64,000 bases of DNA from an uncultured cyanobacterium (GTDB lineage Bacteria > Cyanobacteriota > Cyanobacteriia > Cyanobacteriales > Nostocaceae), in NCBI GenBank assembly GCA_963706595.1, contig OY970166.1, positions 4,512,001-4,576,000 of the forward strand, written 5' to 3'. The position numbers were made by a program, and so were the translations under genes. The notes beneath the pieces are model-generated. The model searched no databases, was not told the DNA's origin, and saw nothing but the letters and a program-made list of their open reading frames with translations. Positions 1 to 11,677 of the stretch are shown piece by piece; positions within the stretch are counted from its first letter, which is position 1; each line of letters starts with the position of its first letter.

Positions 1-6
1 TTTGTC

Positions 7-1233
7 TTGATTGGCGAAGCCTCCCACGGGACTCATGAATTTTACGAACAACGGGCGGAAATTACCAAGCGACTAATTCAAGAAAAGGGGTTTACAGCCG
101 TAGCGGTGGAAGCGGATTGGCCTGATGCTTACCGAGTAAATCGTTATGTGCAGGGTGTCGATGATGACCCCACACCAGCCGAAGCACTCTTAAATTTTCA
201 ACGCTTCCCTTTATGGATGTGGCGGAATACAGATGTGCTAAATTTTGTCGGCTGGTTACGGGAATACAATGATCGTTTACCCAAAAAGGCCATTAAAACG
301 GGTTTTTATGGGTTAGACCTTTATAGTATGTACGCTTCCATAGAAGCAGTTCTCGGCTACCTGAATCAAGTTGACCCCGAAGCCGCCCAACGCGCGCGCG
401 ATCGCTATTCATGTTTAGAGCATTTTGGCGAAGATGCTCAACAATATGGGTATGCTACCAGTTTTGGCATTGCTAAATCTTGTGAGGAACAAGTAATTAA
501 TCAACTGCAAGAATTGCAACGTCGGACTGCCGAATACGTGCAGAAAGACGGGCGAGTTCAGGCTGATGAGTTGTTTTATGCCGAACAAAATGCTCGATTA
601 GTCAAAAACGCTGAACATTACTACCGCTCGATGTTTCAAGGGCGAGTCTCTTCTTGGAATATACGCGATCGCCACATGGCGGAAACCTTAGACCAGCTGG
701 TGGAACATTTGGATCAACAACATCCCCAAGCCAAAGTTGTGGTTTGGGAACACAACTCCCATTTAGGTGACGCACGCGCCACTGATATGGGGTCAATGGG
801 TGAGGTGAATGTTGGTCAATTGGTCAAAGAACGCTATGGCGATCAGGCTGTAAATATCGGATTTACCACCTATACGGGTACTGTCACCGCAGTTTCTAAC
901 TGGGGAGAAACGGCTCAACTCAAACAGGTTCGCTCTGCCTTACCTGGAAGTTATGAAGCTTTATTTCATGAGACGGAAATACCCCAATTTTACCTCAACC
1001 TCCGGGATGAGAATCAAGCAATTGTGGGTTTACGACAACCCCGGCTAGAAAGAGCAATCGGTGTGATTTACCAACCGGAAACTGAGCGTGTGAGTCACTA
1101 CTTCCATGCTTGTCTCCCCCAACAATTTGATGCGGTGATTTCTATTGATGATACCAAGGGAGTCCAACCTCTAGACCGTGTTCCTACCTGGGAAATGCGG
1201 GACGCACCAGAGACTTTTCCCTTTGGTGTTTAG
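7..1233 (+). CDS. Erythromycin esterase family protein (5' end lies upstream of the window)
   Basis: IGEASHGTHEFY, AVEADWPD, WNIRDRHM, WEHNSHLGDARAT and LERAIGVIY motifs; the ORF is open to the window edge. Confidence 0.85.
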   Translation: MIGEASHGTHEFYEQRAEITKRLIQEKGFTAVAVEADWPDAYRVNRYVQGVDDDPTPAEALLNFQRFPLWMWRNTDVLNFVGWLREYNDRLPKKAIKTGFYGLDLYSMYASIEAVLGYLNQVDPEAAQRARDRYSCLEHFGEDAQQYGYATSFGIAKSCEEQVINQLQELQRRTAEYVQKDGRVQADELFYAEQNARLVKNAEHYYRSMFQGRVSSWNIRDRHMAETLDQLVEHLDQQHPQAKVVVWEHNSHLGDARATDMGSMGEVNVGQLVKERYGDQAVNIGFTTYTGTVTAVSNWGETAQLKQVRSALPGSYEALFHETEIPQFYLNLRDENQAIVGLRQPRLERAIGVIYQPETERVSHYFHACLPQQFDAVISIDDTKGVQPLDRVPTWEMRDAPETFPFGV

Positions 1234-1275
1234 ACAAACTATTGATAACTTCAACGCCAGTTACAAACTCCAGCT

Positions 1276-1852
1276 ATGACAAATCTTGACCCCATGAGAA
1301 TGGGAACGCGCTTGGCCAGGAATTGGTGGACAGTTGCATTACGAGGTGCGATCGCGATCATCTTTGGTTTAGCAGCCCTCTTCTGGCCAGATATTACCCT
1401 CACAGCTTTGATATTTATCTTTGCTGCCTTTGTCTTAGTCAGTGGAGTATTATTAGCGATCGCTGCCTTCCGAGATGGTCTAACTCATACCCACGGTTGG
1501 CTAATGTTGCTCGAAGGTGCAATTGGTATTGCGATTGGAATCATGGCTTTTATCTGGCCAGGGATTACAGCATTAGTCTTACTTTACATCATCGCAGCTT
1601 GGGCGATCGTCACTGGCGTTTTAGAAATCATCGCAGCCATTCAGGTACGAAAAGAAATTCAAAATGAGTGGCTACTAGCCATCAGCCGGCATTGCGTCGG
1701 TATTGTTCGGCGTTTTACTCATCGTCTGGCCTATTGCTGGTGCGTTAGCAATTCTGTGGATTATTGGTGCTTACGCCATTATTTTCGGTATCTTACTTCT
1801 GATTCTGGCTTTTCGCCTTCGTACTTGGGGAACTGAACGCAGCATTTTTTAA
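1276..1852 (+). CDS. HdeD/DUF308 family membrane protein with a +1 frameshift at ~1684
   Basis: [23 protein letters not shown] start; removing one base at ~1684 continues as [35 protein letters not shown]...TERSIF* (stop 1850-1852). Confidence 0.8.
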
Positions 1853-1883
1853 ACACTTCAACAATTAATTGGAGATAAAAATC

Positions 1884-2381
1884 ATGGTATTAAGTCGCTG
1901 GGAACCTTTTAGAGAAATAGAAACCATCCAACGCCAAATGAATCGTCTACTTGATCAAATCACACCCTCAACTGATACAGGCGAAATCATCAGCGATAGA
2001 TTGACATTTGTACCTCCAGCAGAATTGGAAGAAACATCTGATGATATCAAACTGTGGATGGAAATTCCTGGGATTGACCCCCAAAACTTAGATGTCAAAG
2101 TTGCCGCAGATACGGTTTCTGTAACTGGTGAACGTAAATGTGAAATCAAGGACGAACAAAAAAGAGGTATGCGGCGTTCAGAGTTTCGTTATGGCAGATT
2201 TCAAAGAGTAATACCTCTACCATCTCGAATCCAAAACGATAAAGTACAAGCTGACTTTCAGAATGGTGTTTTGTGTCTCACCATGCCAAAAGCCGAAGAA
2301 GAAAAAACCAGAGTTGTGACTGTTCAGTTACCAGGACAAAGCCAACAAGGGCAAATTTCCGGAGGTCAAAAACAGAAATAA
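1884..2381 (+). CDS. Hsp20/alpha-crystallin small heat-shock protein
   Basis: RWEPFRE N-terminus, SEFRYGRFQRVIPLP, NGVLCLTMPK; GGAGA RBS before ATG 1884. Confidence 0.9.
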   Translation: MVLSRWEPFREIETIQRQMNRLLDQITPSTDTGEIISDRLTFVPPAELEETSDDIKLWMEIPGIDPQNLDVKVAADTVSVTGERKCEIKDEQKRGMRRSEFRYGRFQRVIPLPSRIQNDKVQADFQNGVLCLTMPKAEEEKTRVVTVQLPGQSQQGQISGGQKQK

Positions 2382-2406
2382 AACCATTGTGGGGTGGAAG
2401 TAGCTC

Positions 2407-2630
2407 ATACCAATTATTTGTGAGGCTGCATATTATTTTGACCCCCCCTACACCACAAAAATCCGGTTCCCTCCTCGCTTGCGGGGAGGGTTAGGGAGGG
2501 GTTATTTTTATGCATCTTTATTAGGACTTACGCAGACTCTGCGTTTTCTTGGCGTTCTTGGCGACTTGGCGGTTTAATAAATCAAGATTCTTGGTAATTT
2601 TTGCGTAAGTCCTGTTTATATGAAATTGGT
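2407..2630. mobile_element. Nested MITE/REP-like elements
   Basis: Outer inverted ends ATACCAATT/AATTGGTAT; inner element with TIRs AGGACTTACGCA (2523) and TGCGTAAGTCCT (2602-2613); internal hairpin CCCTCCTCGC-TT-GCGGGGAGGG. Confidence 0.6.
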
Positions 2631-2631
2631 A

Positions 2632-2715
2632 TCAAACTTAAAAAACGTAATATCCAGAATATCCAGATCCCCGACTTCTCAAAGAAGTCGGGGATCTATA
2701 TCGTCAAGGTTTTAT
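2632..2715. repeat. Dispersed repeat with hairpin, probable bidirectional terminator (second copy at 26473-26547)
   Basis: AGATCCCCGACTTC-N-GAAGTCGGGGATCT stem with near-identical flanks, between convergent genes. Confidence 0.7.
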
Positions 2716-3987
2716 GCGAATAGAAACGCTACCGCCATGAGCTGGTAAACCTTCGGCTGCTGCTAGAGTTACGGCGGCTTTACCGATGGTTTGCAGGGCT
2801 TGTTGATTACATTCTAAATAAGTAATGCGCTTGAGAAAGTCGTACACACTCAACCCAGAAGCAAAACGTGCAGAACGGGCGGTAGGTAGAACATGATTTG
2901 GTCCCCCTAAATAATCGCCAATGGCTTCTGGGGTATAACGTCCTAAAAATATACTCCCAGCAGACTTAATTTGATTAGCAAGTTCCTGGGGATGATCTAC
3001 GCATAATTCTACGTGTTCGGGAGCTAACTGATTTAGTAGGGGGATACTATCAGCTAAATCTTCTACCAGAATGATTGCACCATGCTGTTCCCAACTGGTT
3101 TTAGCTACTTCCTTTGTAGGTAGATTTACGAGAATTTCCTCAATGGCTGCTAAAACTTGATCAGCAAAGCTGGCAGAATCAGTAATTAAAATAGATTGGG
3201 CGCTGGGGTCGTGTTCGGCTTGCGAAAGTAAATCCCAGGCTATCCATTCTGGGTTATTTTGGCTATCTGCTACCACCAAAATTTCCGAAGGTCCGGCTAC
3301 GCTGTCAATACCTACAGTCCCAAATACCTGACGTTTCGCTTCTGCAACATAGGCGTTACCAGGACCGACAATTTTATCTACAGGGTTCAGGCTTTCTGTA
3401 CCATAAGCTAAAGCGGCGATCGCCTGCGCCCCTCCAATACTATAAATTTCCTTCACCCCGGCAATTTGGGCGGCTGCGAGTACAGCCGGATTAATCTCAC
3501 CGCGAGGCATAGGTACTGCCATGACGATTCTTTCCACACCCGCAATTTTGGCAGGTAAAGCGTTCATTAAGACAGAACTCGGATAACTGGCGCGTCCTCC
3601 AGGGACATAAATCCCCACCTGAGATAAAGCCACCCAATTTAATCCCAGTTTCACCCCGGCTGTATCCGTATAGCCAATATTTTCGGGTAGTTGCTTTTGA
3701 TGAAAAAAACTAATTCTTTCTGCTGCTAATTCCAGCGCATCCTTGACATCTGGCGGACATTGTGCTGCGCGTTCTGCAATAAAATCAGCACTTAGATGTA
3801 AAGAAGGGGGAGAGTAATGATCAAACTTAGTAGTATATTCCTGAACTGCGGCATCACCGCGCACTTTCACATCAGCGAGAATATCTTTAACTGTACCACT
3901 AACATCAACCGTTGCTTCGCGGCGATCGCTCACCAGCGCCTTGAATCTAACAGAAAAATCTTGATCGGTTGTTTTAAGTAGCTGCAT
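2704..3987 (-). CDS. hisD: Histidinol dehydrogenase
   Basis: GIYVPGGRASYPSSVLM, GPGNAYVAEAKR, AGPSE, LLSQAEHD, APEHVEL, GDYLGGPNHVLPT. Confidence 0.95.
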   Translation of the reverse strand: MQLLKTTDQDFSVRFKALVSDRREATVDVSGTVKDILADVKVRGDAAVQEYTTKFDHYSPPSLHLSADFIAERAAQCPPDVKDALELAAERISFFHQKQLPENIGYTDTAGVKLGLNWVALSQVGIYVPGGRASYPSSVLMNALPAKIAGVERIVMAVPMPRGEINPAVLAAAQIAGVKEIYSIGGAQAIAALAYGTESLNPVDKIVGPGNAYVAEAKRQVFGTVGIDSVAGPSEILVVADSQNNPEWIAWDLLSQAEHDPSAQSILITDSASFADQVLAAIEEILVNLPTKEVAKTSWEQHGAIILVEDLADSIPLLNQLAPEHVELCVDHPQELANQIKSAGSIFLGRYTPEAIGDYLGGPNHVLPTARSARFASGLSVYDFLKRITYLECNQQALQTIGKAAVTLAAAEGLPAHGGSVSIRIKP

Positions 3988-4108
3988 AGACTATATCTCT
4001 GAACTAGTGCGGGTTTTACCGTAATCATTATATTAATAATAATTTAGCTTCAATGGTGGATTTTATTTATGCCCCGTTGTGCTGTAACAACTATTCTGAG
4101 ACTGTCTT

Positions 4109-4252
4109 CTTAGAGGATGTTTTAAAAGTTTTGGGCGAATATAATATGGCTACGCTTCGCGTTAGCGATACCCTACTAACGAGAAACTCAGGATTTTCAA
4201 CCCACGTAGGTGGGTTTTGTCTGTGTAGCCGCGACTTCTAGTCGCCAGGGCT
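4109..4252. mobile_element. Partial MITE/REP-like repeat (family of 42071-42276 and 28085-28241)
   Basis: AGAGGATGTTTTAAAAG end and AACCCACGTAGGTGGGTTTTGTCTGTGTAGCCGCGACTTCTAGTCGCC core shared with the other copies. Confidence 0.55.
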
Positions 4253-4607
4253 AGTAATAATCGATACCTTACTTTCTTCCTTTGCGCCTTTGCGCCTAAC
4301 GTACTTCGTACTTCGCTTCGCTGATGCGTGAGATATAAAAATGTGGTTCATTGATCTGAAAATCGCTGTAAACAGCTTAATTCCATCATAAGACTGTACA
4401 CAAAAAATTAACTTACATTTTTTTAACTCATATTCTCTGCGACTCTGCGCCTCTGCGCCTCTGCGTGAAATAAAATCACTTCTCGTCTAATTTGTCAATG
4501 GTGAATTTTATCTAAATCTGTCAAACGGTTTTAGCTAGAGTAGAACCAGAGTCATCAAACTTTAATTAAAAATAAACGATTTTCCGAAACCTGCTCGGCT
4601 GAAAATA

Positions 4608-7600
4608 ATGAACTCTCAATCCAACTCTTCTGACGGGAAACAGGTTAGCCAAAACGAATTATTTCCCGTTGTGGGAATGGGTGCTTCTGCGGGAGGATTA
4701 GAGGCATTTAGAGAACTACTCAGCCATTTACCTACTAATACAGGTATGGCCTTTGTCTTAATTCAGCATCTCAGCCCCAATCAAAAAAGTTTGTTGACAG
4801 AAATTCTCTCTCGCACCACCCAAATGCCTGTGGTAGAAGTAGAGCATGGCATGGTTGTGGAACCAAATCATGTGTATGTAATTCCGCCCAACAGGATGAT
4901 GACCATTAGTCAAGGAATCCTGCAACTGACTCTACGAGAAAAGACGCATGGATTTTCCATGACAGTTGATACTTTCTTTATTTCTTTAGCCGAAGAACGG
5001 GGAAACAAAGCCATTGGGGTTGTACTGTCCGGGGGTGACTCCGACGGCACAAAGGGACTAGAATCAATCAAAGCGGCTGGGGGAATTACTTTTGCTCAGT
5101 GTGAAGAATCGGCAAAAGTTAATAGTATGCCGAATACAGCCGTGGCTTCTGGATATGTAGATTTTATTCTGACACCCAAACAAATTGCCGCAGAATTAGC
5201 TAATATCAGTCATCATCCCTACGTTAATCATCCCACCTCAGTTAAAGCCATAGATACAATCCCTGAAACCGGAGATGCTTTAACAAACATCTTCAGTCTG
5301 CTGCGAACTGCGACCAAAGTTGACTTTAGCCATTACAAGAACACAACCCTGAAGCGGCGCATCCAGCGACGGATGATGTTATCTAAACTAGACAGGCTAG
5401 AAGATTACGTCACTTATTTGCAAGAGAACCCGGCGCAAATTAAAGCTTTATATCAAGATTTACTAATTACTGTCACCAGTTTTTTCCGCGATTCCGAAGC
5501 CTTTGAAGCCTTAAAGACAGAAATTTTTCCCATAATTACCAAAAATAGAACCCCAAACTCACCCATCCGCATTTGGGTAGCTGGTTGTTCCACAGGTGAA
5601 GAAGCCTACTCTATCGCTATCTGCTTGCTAGAGTTTTTAACTAATCAGGGAATTAATATTCCCATCCAGATTTTTGCCACCGATATCAACGAATCAGCAA
5701 TTGAACAAGCTCGCAACGGTATTTATAAAATAAATCAAGTAGCAAATATTTCACCAGAACGGCTCCAGCGCTTCTTTGTCCCCGTCGAGGGCGGTTATCA
5801 AATTAGCAAGCCAGTGCGGGAACTGTGCGTTTTTGCCAGACAAAACCTGATTGGCGACCCCCCATTTTCCCGGTTGGATTTAATTACCTGTCGCAATGTG
5901 CTAATTTATTTGGGCAGCGCCGTGCAGAAAAAGCTGCTGCCGATTTTCCACTACGGTCTGAATGCCAATGGTTTTTTGATGTTAGGCACATCGGAAACAG
6001 TCGGTGATTTCCCGGACTTGTTTGCTTTAGTGGATAGAAAGAATAAGATATATTCCCGGAAAATTACTGCAACTCGCTTGGGTATGGATCTGATTACCAA
6101 CAACTATCCTTTAGAAACTGTCAACACCCAGCCACCAGTCAGCGCAGATACTTGGAATGATGTAGAACTATATAAAGCAGCTGATCTAATTGTGTTAAAT
6201 GACTACGCTCCGGTGGGTGTAATTATTAACGAAGATTGGGAAATTTTGCAATTCCGGGGAAATACCAGTCCTTTTCTGCAACCACCACTAGGCAGACCCA
6301 ATTTTAACTTACTGAAGATGGCGAAAGATGAATTACGGTTAGAGTTACGTACCGCTATTCATCAAGCCAAAAATAGAGAAGTGCCGGTGAGTAAGTCAGG
6401 CATACAAATGAGAGATCATGAGCAAGTCAAGCAGGTAAAAATTGATGTTGTGCCATTTAAACCTCCTGCGGCTAGAGAATGGTACTTTTTAGTGCTGTTT
6501 GCATCATCATCCTCCCCAACCCCTATTTTAGAGGCTGTTAGCCCTCCTGGGCGGACTGGGCGACGCAAGCCCAACGAGCAAGAGCAGGAGATTAAGCGAC
6601 TTAAACAAGAGTTAGCAGCTAATAAAGAGTATCTGCAATCAATTATTGAAGAGCAGCAAGCTACTAATGAAGATTTACGAGCCGCTAACGAAGAAATTCT
6701 CTCCAGCAACGAAGAATTACAAAGCACCAATGAGGAATTAGAAACAGCCAAGGAAGAAATTCAGGCTACCAACGAAGAACTGAATACGATTAACGACGAA
6801 CTGCATCGGCGTAATATCCAGTCAAACGAAGTCACCAACGATTTACAAAATCTCCTCAGCAGTATTAATATTCCCATCCTGATGTTGGGAGGAAATCTGC
6901 AAATTCGCCGCTATACCCCAGTAGCTGAGAAAATTTTTAACCTGATTTCCAGTGATATGGGGCGACCAATCAGTGATATTAATCACAACTTGAATATTCC
7001 TGACTTAGAGAAACAAATTTTAGATGTAATTGGTACTCTCAATTTTAAAACGCAAGAAGTTCAAGACAAAAACGGGCGTTGGTATGATTTGCGGATTCGA
7101 CCTTATCGGACAATAGACAACAAAATTGATGGGGCTGTGGTGATTTTAGTTGATATTGACGACCTCAAACGCAGTTCGGAACTGATTAGAACATCCAGAG
7201 ATTATGTGCAGGCCATTGTGGATACGATGCGCGAATCTCTCGTGGTGCTAGATGTCAACTTACGAGTAATCAGCGCCAATCAATTTTTCTATGATACTTT
7301 CCAGGTTCTACCAGCAGAAACAGAACAACGCCTGGTTTACGAAATCGGGAATGGACAGTGGAATATTCCCCAGTTGCGATCGCTTTTAGAAGAAATTCTC
7401 CCATATCAAAACCAGTTTCAAGGTCTGGAAGTTGAACACAACTTTGAGCAAATTGGACACAAAATCATGCGGCTCAATGCCCGAAAAATGACCCTAACAG
7501 ACAATAGGGAAATGATTCTGCTGGTAATTGAAGACATTACTCAGCAAAAGCAATTAGAAGCAGAACGCACCCACCTTTTAGGTCAAGAACAGTCAGCTCG

Positions 7601-8781
7601 CAATGCTGCGGAAGCCGCCAACCGCGCCAAAGATGAGTTTTTATCGATTCTCTCCCACGAACTGCGGAACCCACTTAATTCTATGCTGGGCTGGTCGAAG
7701 TTATTACAGAAGAAGCAATTTGATCAAGCGACAATTAATAAGGGGTTAGCAGCCATTGAGCGCAGCGCCCAAGCTCAAGCTCATCTAATTACAGATTTGT
7801 TAGATATCTCCCGCATTAGTGCCGGGAGGCTGCGGATGGATGCCCAAAAACTTGATCTGGTTTCCGTAATTGAATCTGCTATGGAGGTTGTCCGGTTCTC
7901 AGCCGAAGCCAAAAATATTCAAATTGAATCCCAGCTAACTCCTGCACCCAAAAGTATGGTAGGCGATGCAAATCGCTTACAGCAGGTGTTTTGGAATTTA
8001 CTTTCTAACGCCATAAAATTCACCCCAACCGGGGGTAAAGTTGCCATTACCCTAAATTACACTGATTTTCAGGCTGAGATTCAAATCAGCGACACTGGTT
8101 ATGGCATTAGTGCTGACTTTCTTCCCTACATCTTTGAGCGATTCCGTCAAGCAGATGGTAGCAGAACTCGCTCGAACCCTGGATTGGGACTGGGGCTTTC
8201 CATTGTTCGCTATTTGCTAGAACTCCACGGCGGTACAATTGAAGCCGAAAGCCAGGGTGAAGGTCAAGGGGCAACTTTTACCGTCAGGCTACCTCTGCAA
8301 GCTCCCAAGGAACAGATATCTCTGCCCACATCCACCAAACCAGCCGCCTGCACAAATCAGCTAGAATTGCCAACTGGAGGAAATTCCATCTCTGGAAGGA
8401 GTGCGGGTATTAGTCGTGGATGATCAAGCAGATATATGTCAGTTATTTAAAGCAGTATTAGAAGAGTACGGCGCGCAAATGACAGGAGTCGAATCAGCAA
8501 AAGAAGCTTTAGCAACGCTGAGAGCCAACCCCGGTGGCTACGATGTACTTTTATCGGATATTGGTTTACCAGAAGAGGACGGTTATAGCTTAATTCGTCA
8601 GGTGAGAGAGTTGAGTCCTGAAGCCGGTGGACAAATTCCCGCCGCCGCCCTCACCGCCTACGCGGAATATGCAGACCAGACAGAAGCTTTAGCCGCAGGG
8701 TTTCAAATGCACGTCGCTAAACCCATTCCGCCTGCTCAATTATTATCTATAGTTGCTACTTTGGCTGGGAGATTGAAGTAG
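4608..8781 (+). CDS. CheB-CheR-PAS hybrid sensor histidine kinase with C-terminal receiver; +1 frameshift at ~8373
   Basis: GMGASAGGLEA (CheB), WVAGCSTGEEAYS (CheR), NEELQSTNEELETAKEE coil, LSHELRNPL H-box, NLLSNAIKFT, GLGLGL; shifting frame at ~8373 gives LEEIPSLEGVRVLVVDD into the 8401-8781 receiver. Confidence 0.88.
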
Positions 8782-9223
8782 GACTTATATCATGTCTGTT
8801 TAATTAGTTACGATTACCACAATCATGTCACCCCACCCCTAGCCCCTCCCCGCAAGCGAGGAGGGGAACCGGATTTACAGCCAGTAGGGTGGGTTAGCGC
8901 AGCGTAACCCACCTTAAATTGAAGGATAATGGTGGGTTACGGACTACCGTCCTAACCCACCCTACTAGCGTGGCAAGCTTAAAATAGTGCATTAGGAAAA
9001 AGCCGAAAACATTGATTTATCTGAATTTTCTCAAAAATCTATTGCAACATTTTAGCCTTGCCACGCTACTACGTCACCAAAATAGCCAATTTCCGGCTTT
9101 GAAAAATGATGATGTTGATAGTAAATATACCCGTTTGGTAAGGGTTTAGCATTGCTAAACCCCTACGAAATATGTGCTTTTTAGTTACACATATTTGGGA
9201 TTTATTGTCAATGCGTAAGTACT
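8780..9223. mobile_element. Multiply nested MITE/REP cluster
   Basis: 9074-9223 is a reverse-orientation copy of the element at 28002 and 51501; inner TIR pair TAGCGTGGCAAG/CTTGCCACGCTA (8966-9069); inverted GTAGGGTGGGTTAG...CTAACCCACCCTAC. Confidence 0.6.
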
Positions 9224-9418
9224 AGGAAGGAAGGAAGAAATCGCTTTGGTGCAGTCTTGAGAAAAACTTAGAACTTACGCAAAAACTCTAGTAAAATCCT
9301 CTTTCCTTTGTGTTCTTTGTATCCTTCTCCCAAAGGGAGAGCCTAGCGCCAATGTGGTATGCGCTACGCGTTAGCGGAGCTTTCGCTTTAGCGATACGTT
9401 CCTCCTAAAAAACACATT

Positions 9419-10681
9419 TCATGCCAACGCAACCCGTAAAACTTGCACCTCTGCTTGTGGAGAAATAACTGTTTGACCCACAGGCAGAACAGCTAAAGCA
9501 TTAGTTTGAGCTAAATTAATTAAATTAGCCGAACTGTGACTACCATCGGCTTTGTGAAATTCATAAACGCCATCAATTAAATGCAAGCTACCCCAAATGT
9601 ATGTTTCTCGCTTGCCGTTGGATTTTAACTCGTGATGCGATCGCACTTTCAGAAATGTCGGTTCCCAACCACCAGCCAAACCCGAAAGCTTCTTAATAGC
9701 TGGTTGCACAAATCGCCAGAAAGTCACCATAGCCGAAACAGGATTTCCCGGTAAACCAAAATAAATTGGGGAGTGGGGAGTAGGGAGTGGGGAGTGGGGA
9801 GTGGGAAAAGTGGCGACGGTGAGGGGTTTACCTGGACTGATGGCTACAGACTGAATATGAATTTTAGCTTCCAGAGATTCCAGGATTTGATCAATATAGT
9901 CATAATCGCCCACAGACACACCACCAGAAGATAAAACTATATCAGCATGAGCGATGGCGTAGGCGATCGCCTCTCTTAAAGTATCTGGATGATCTTTCAC
10001 AATTCCCAATAATAACGGTTCTGCTCCCGCTTCCCTGACTAATGCGGCTAAAGCGTATTGATTAGAATCAACAATTTGACCAGGTTGCAGAGGCTTATCA
10101 GCCGTTACCAACTCATCACCACTAGAAAAAATTGCCACACGGGGACGACGGTAAACACTTAATTTCGCACATTGCGCCGCCGCTAAAACTGCAATTTCTG
10201 GAGGATTTAATTTCACTCCTCTGGGTAATAATTGTTTTCCCCCTTGGTAAAAAGCCCCTTTGTGTCTGACAAATTCCTGTGGTTGGGGTGCAGTCAAAAT
10301 AAATACACGGTTTTCTTCTCGGCGTGTTTTTTCCTGCATTACCACAGTATCCGCCCCGGTTGGCATCACCGCACCTGTAAAAATTCGCGCTGCTTGCCCC
10401 GATTGGACTATGGACTGGGGTTGATATCCTGCGGGAATTTCTTCAATAATTTCTAAACTTGTTGGCTGTGCGTCGCTAGAATGCTGGACATCTTCGTAAC
10501 GAACTGCGTAGCCATCCATTGCGGAATTATCCCAATGGGGAAAATCTAATTTACTGGTGACAGGAGTGGAAATAATTCGTCTGTCTGCTGCCAATAAATC
10601 TATAATTTCTATATCCCGTTGCGAATCTAACGGTTGCACCAAATTTAAAATAATTGCCTCTGCATCGCTAACTGATAGCAT
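9419..10681 (-). CDS. moeA: Molybdopterin molybdotransferase
   Basis: DNSAMDGYAV, RIFTGAVMPTGADTVVMQE, SSGGVSVGDYD, PGKP, FGLPGNPVSA. Confidence 0.93.
   Translation of the reverse strand: MLSVSDAEAIILNLVQPLDSQRDIEIIDLLAADRRIISTPVTSKLDFPHWDNSAMDGYAVRYEDVQHSSDAQPTSLEIIEEIPAGYQPQSIVQSGQAARIFTGAVMPTGADTVVMQEKTRREENRVFILTAPQPQEFVRHKGAFYQGGKQLLPRGVKLNPPEIAVLAAAQCAKLSVYRRPRVAIFSSGDELVTADKPLQPGQIVDSNQYALAALVREAGAEPLLLGIVKDHPDTLREAIAYAIAHADIVLSSGGVSVGDYDYIDQILESLEAKIHIQSVAISPGKPLTVATFPTPHSPLPTPHSPIYFGLPGNPVSAMVTFWRFVQPAIKKLSGLAGGWEPTFLKVRSHHELKSNGKRETYIWGSLHLIDGVYEFHKADGSHSSANLINLAQTNALAVLPVGQTVISPQAEVQVLRVALA
9768..9806. repeat. STRR heptamer tract (GGGGAGT)n inside the moeA coding sequence
   Basis: Tandem GGGGAGT/AGGGAGT units translating as PTPHSPLPTPHSP. 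Confidence 0.85.
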
Positions 10682-10733
10682 GGCCAATGACTCTGACTTT
10701 TCAGGAAAGCATATCATAATGGCAGTATGAGCG

Positions 10734-10976
10734 ATGACACCTGTAGCTACCCAAATCCCAATTATGACAATTATTCCTATACTAACTGCTATAGGCGATC
10801 GCTCCTGGCAAAATTTTCAAGAACTGGAAGCAGATTTTGTCTCCCAGTATGAGTTGGAAGTGTGGCAAGAAGTTTTTAACTTCCGTGTTTTGCCAGCACT
10901 TGATCAGGATTCTCGTCGCTGGTTACTGGTGCAATGGTGTGGAGAAGGAATTAACTCGGTGCAAAATGTGGCTTAA
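10734..10976 (+). CDS. Small hypothetical protein
   Basis: 80-aa ORF with plausible composition, contains a HIP1 site; no recognised family. Confidence 0.5.
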   Translation: MTPVATQIPIMTIIPILTAIGDRSWQNFQELEADFVSQYELEVWQEVFNFRVLPALDQDSRRWLLVQWCGEGINSVQNVA

Positions 10977-11075
10977 TTGACGAAATCAGCCAAGCGATCG
11001 CTTCAGTCTTCACTTTAATATAAACAACAGGAGCCATGATTATTTTCCCAAACTAAATAAAAACACCTATTTTTT

Positions 11076-11633
11076 ATGACTATAGAACGAGTCCGTGAAA
11101 TACACTATCCCAAAGCTGATATTGGGCGGCGAGGAATGGCATTAGGGCTAGATTTCCTGGGTGCATGGTTAATCAGTTCTATATTGGGAGGCAATCAAAT
11201 CGGTATCCAGTGGGTGCAAATTCTCGTGTTTCTGTTCTGCTGGGTGATTTTTCGCATACTGGTAGTTTACAACAATCAAGGGCAGAGCTTAGGGCGTTGG
11301 GCTTTTGACCTGAAAATTCTCGAAGTCAGCAATGGCGAAATTACAGGCAGAATCCCCACCTTGCGATCGCTGCTCAAACGAGAAGCTATAATCGGATTTG
11401 GTGCGCTTTTGGTGTCAATTGCCCTGGGCAACATCAGAGCTAACCCCACTGCTATACTGCTATTAATTCCCCTAGCCATTGATTGTGGCGCTGCTTTGTC
11501 TGACAAGCAGATGCAGCAAGCCCTACACGACCGCTACGGTGGTACTTTCATAGTTTCGTCGCGCCGGGGCTACTCGCTAGATATAAAGATTAAGCGATTA
11601 GTTGCAAAAATGCGCCGAAGTGTGAGAAGATAG
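11076..11633 (+). CDS. RDD family membrane protein
   Basis: [32 protein letters not shown] motifs. Confidence 0.85.
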   Translation: MTIERVREIHYPKADIGRRGMALGLDFLGAWLISSILGGNQIGIQWVQILVFLFCWVIFRILVVYNNQGQSLGRWAFDLKILEVSNGEITGRIPTLRSLLKREAIIGFGALLVSIALGNIRANPTAILLLIPLAIDCGAALSDKQMQQALHDRYGGTFIVSSRRGYSLDIKIKRLVAKMRRSVRR

Positions 11634-11677
11634 TAATTTGTGTTAATTTCTCTTCAGGCTTCACTGTTTGTAAGATT

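Noticed and set aside
4053..4241. 62-aa ORF upstream of the CheB/CheR kinase
   Set aside because: Lies within a MITE/REP repeat; no coding evidence
8360..8423. Programmed frameshift between kinase and receiver (likewise at ~19802)
   Set aside because: No slippery sequence is visible, and the same +1 pattern in four unrelated genes favours sequencing error
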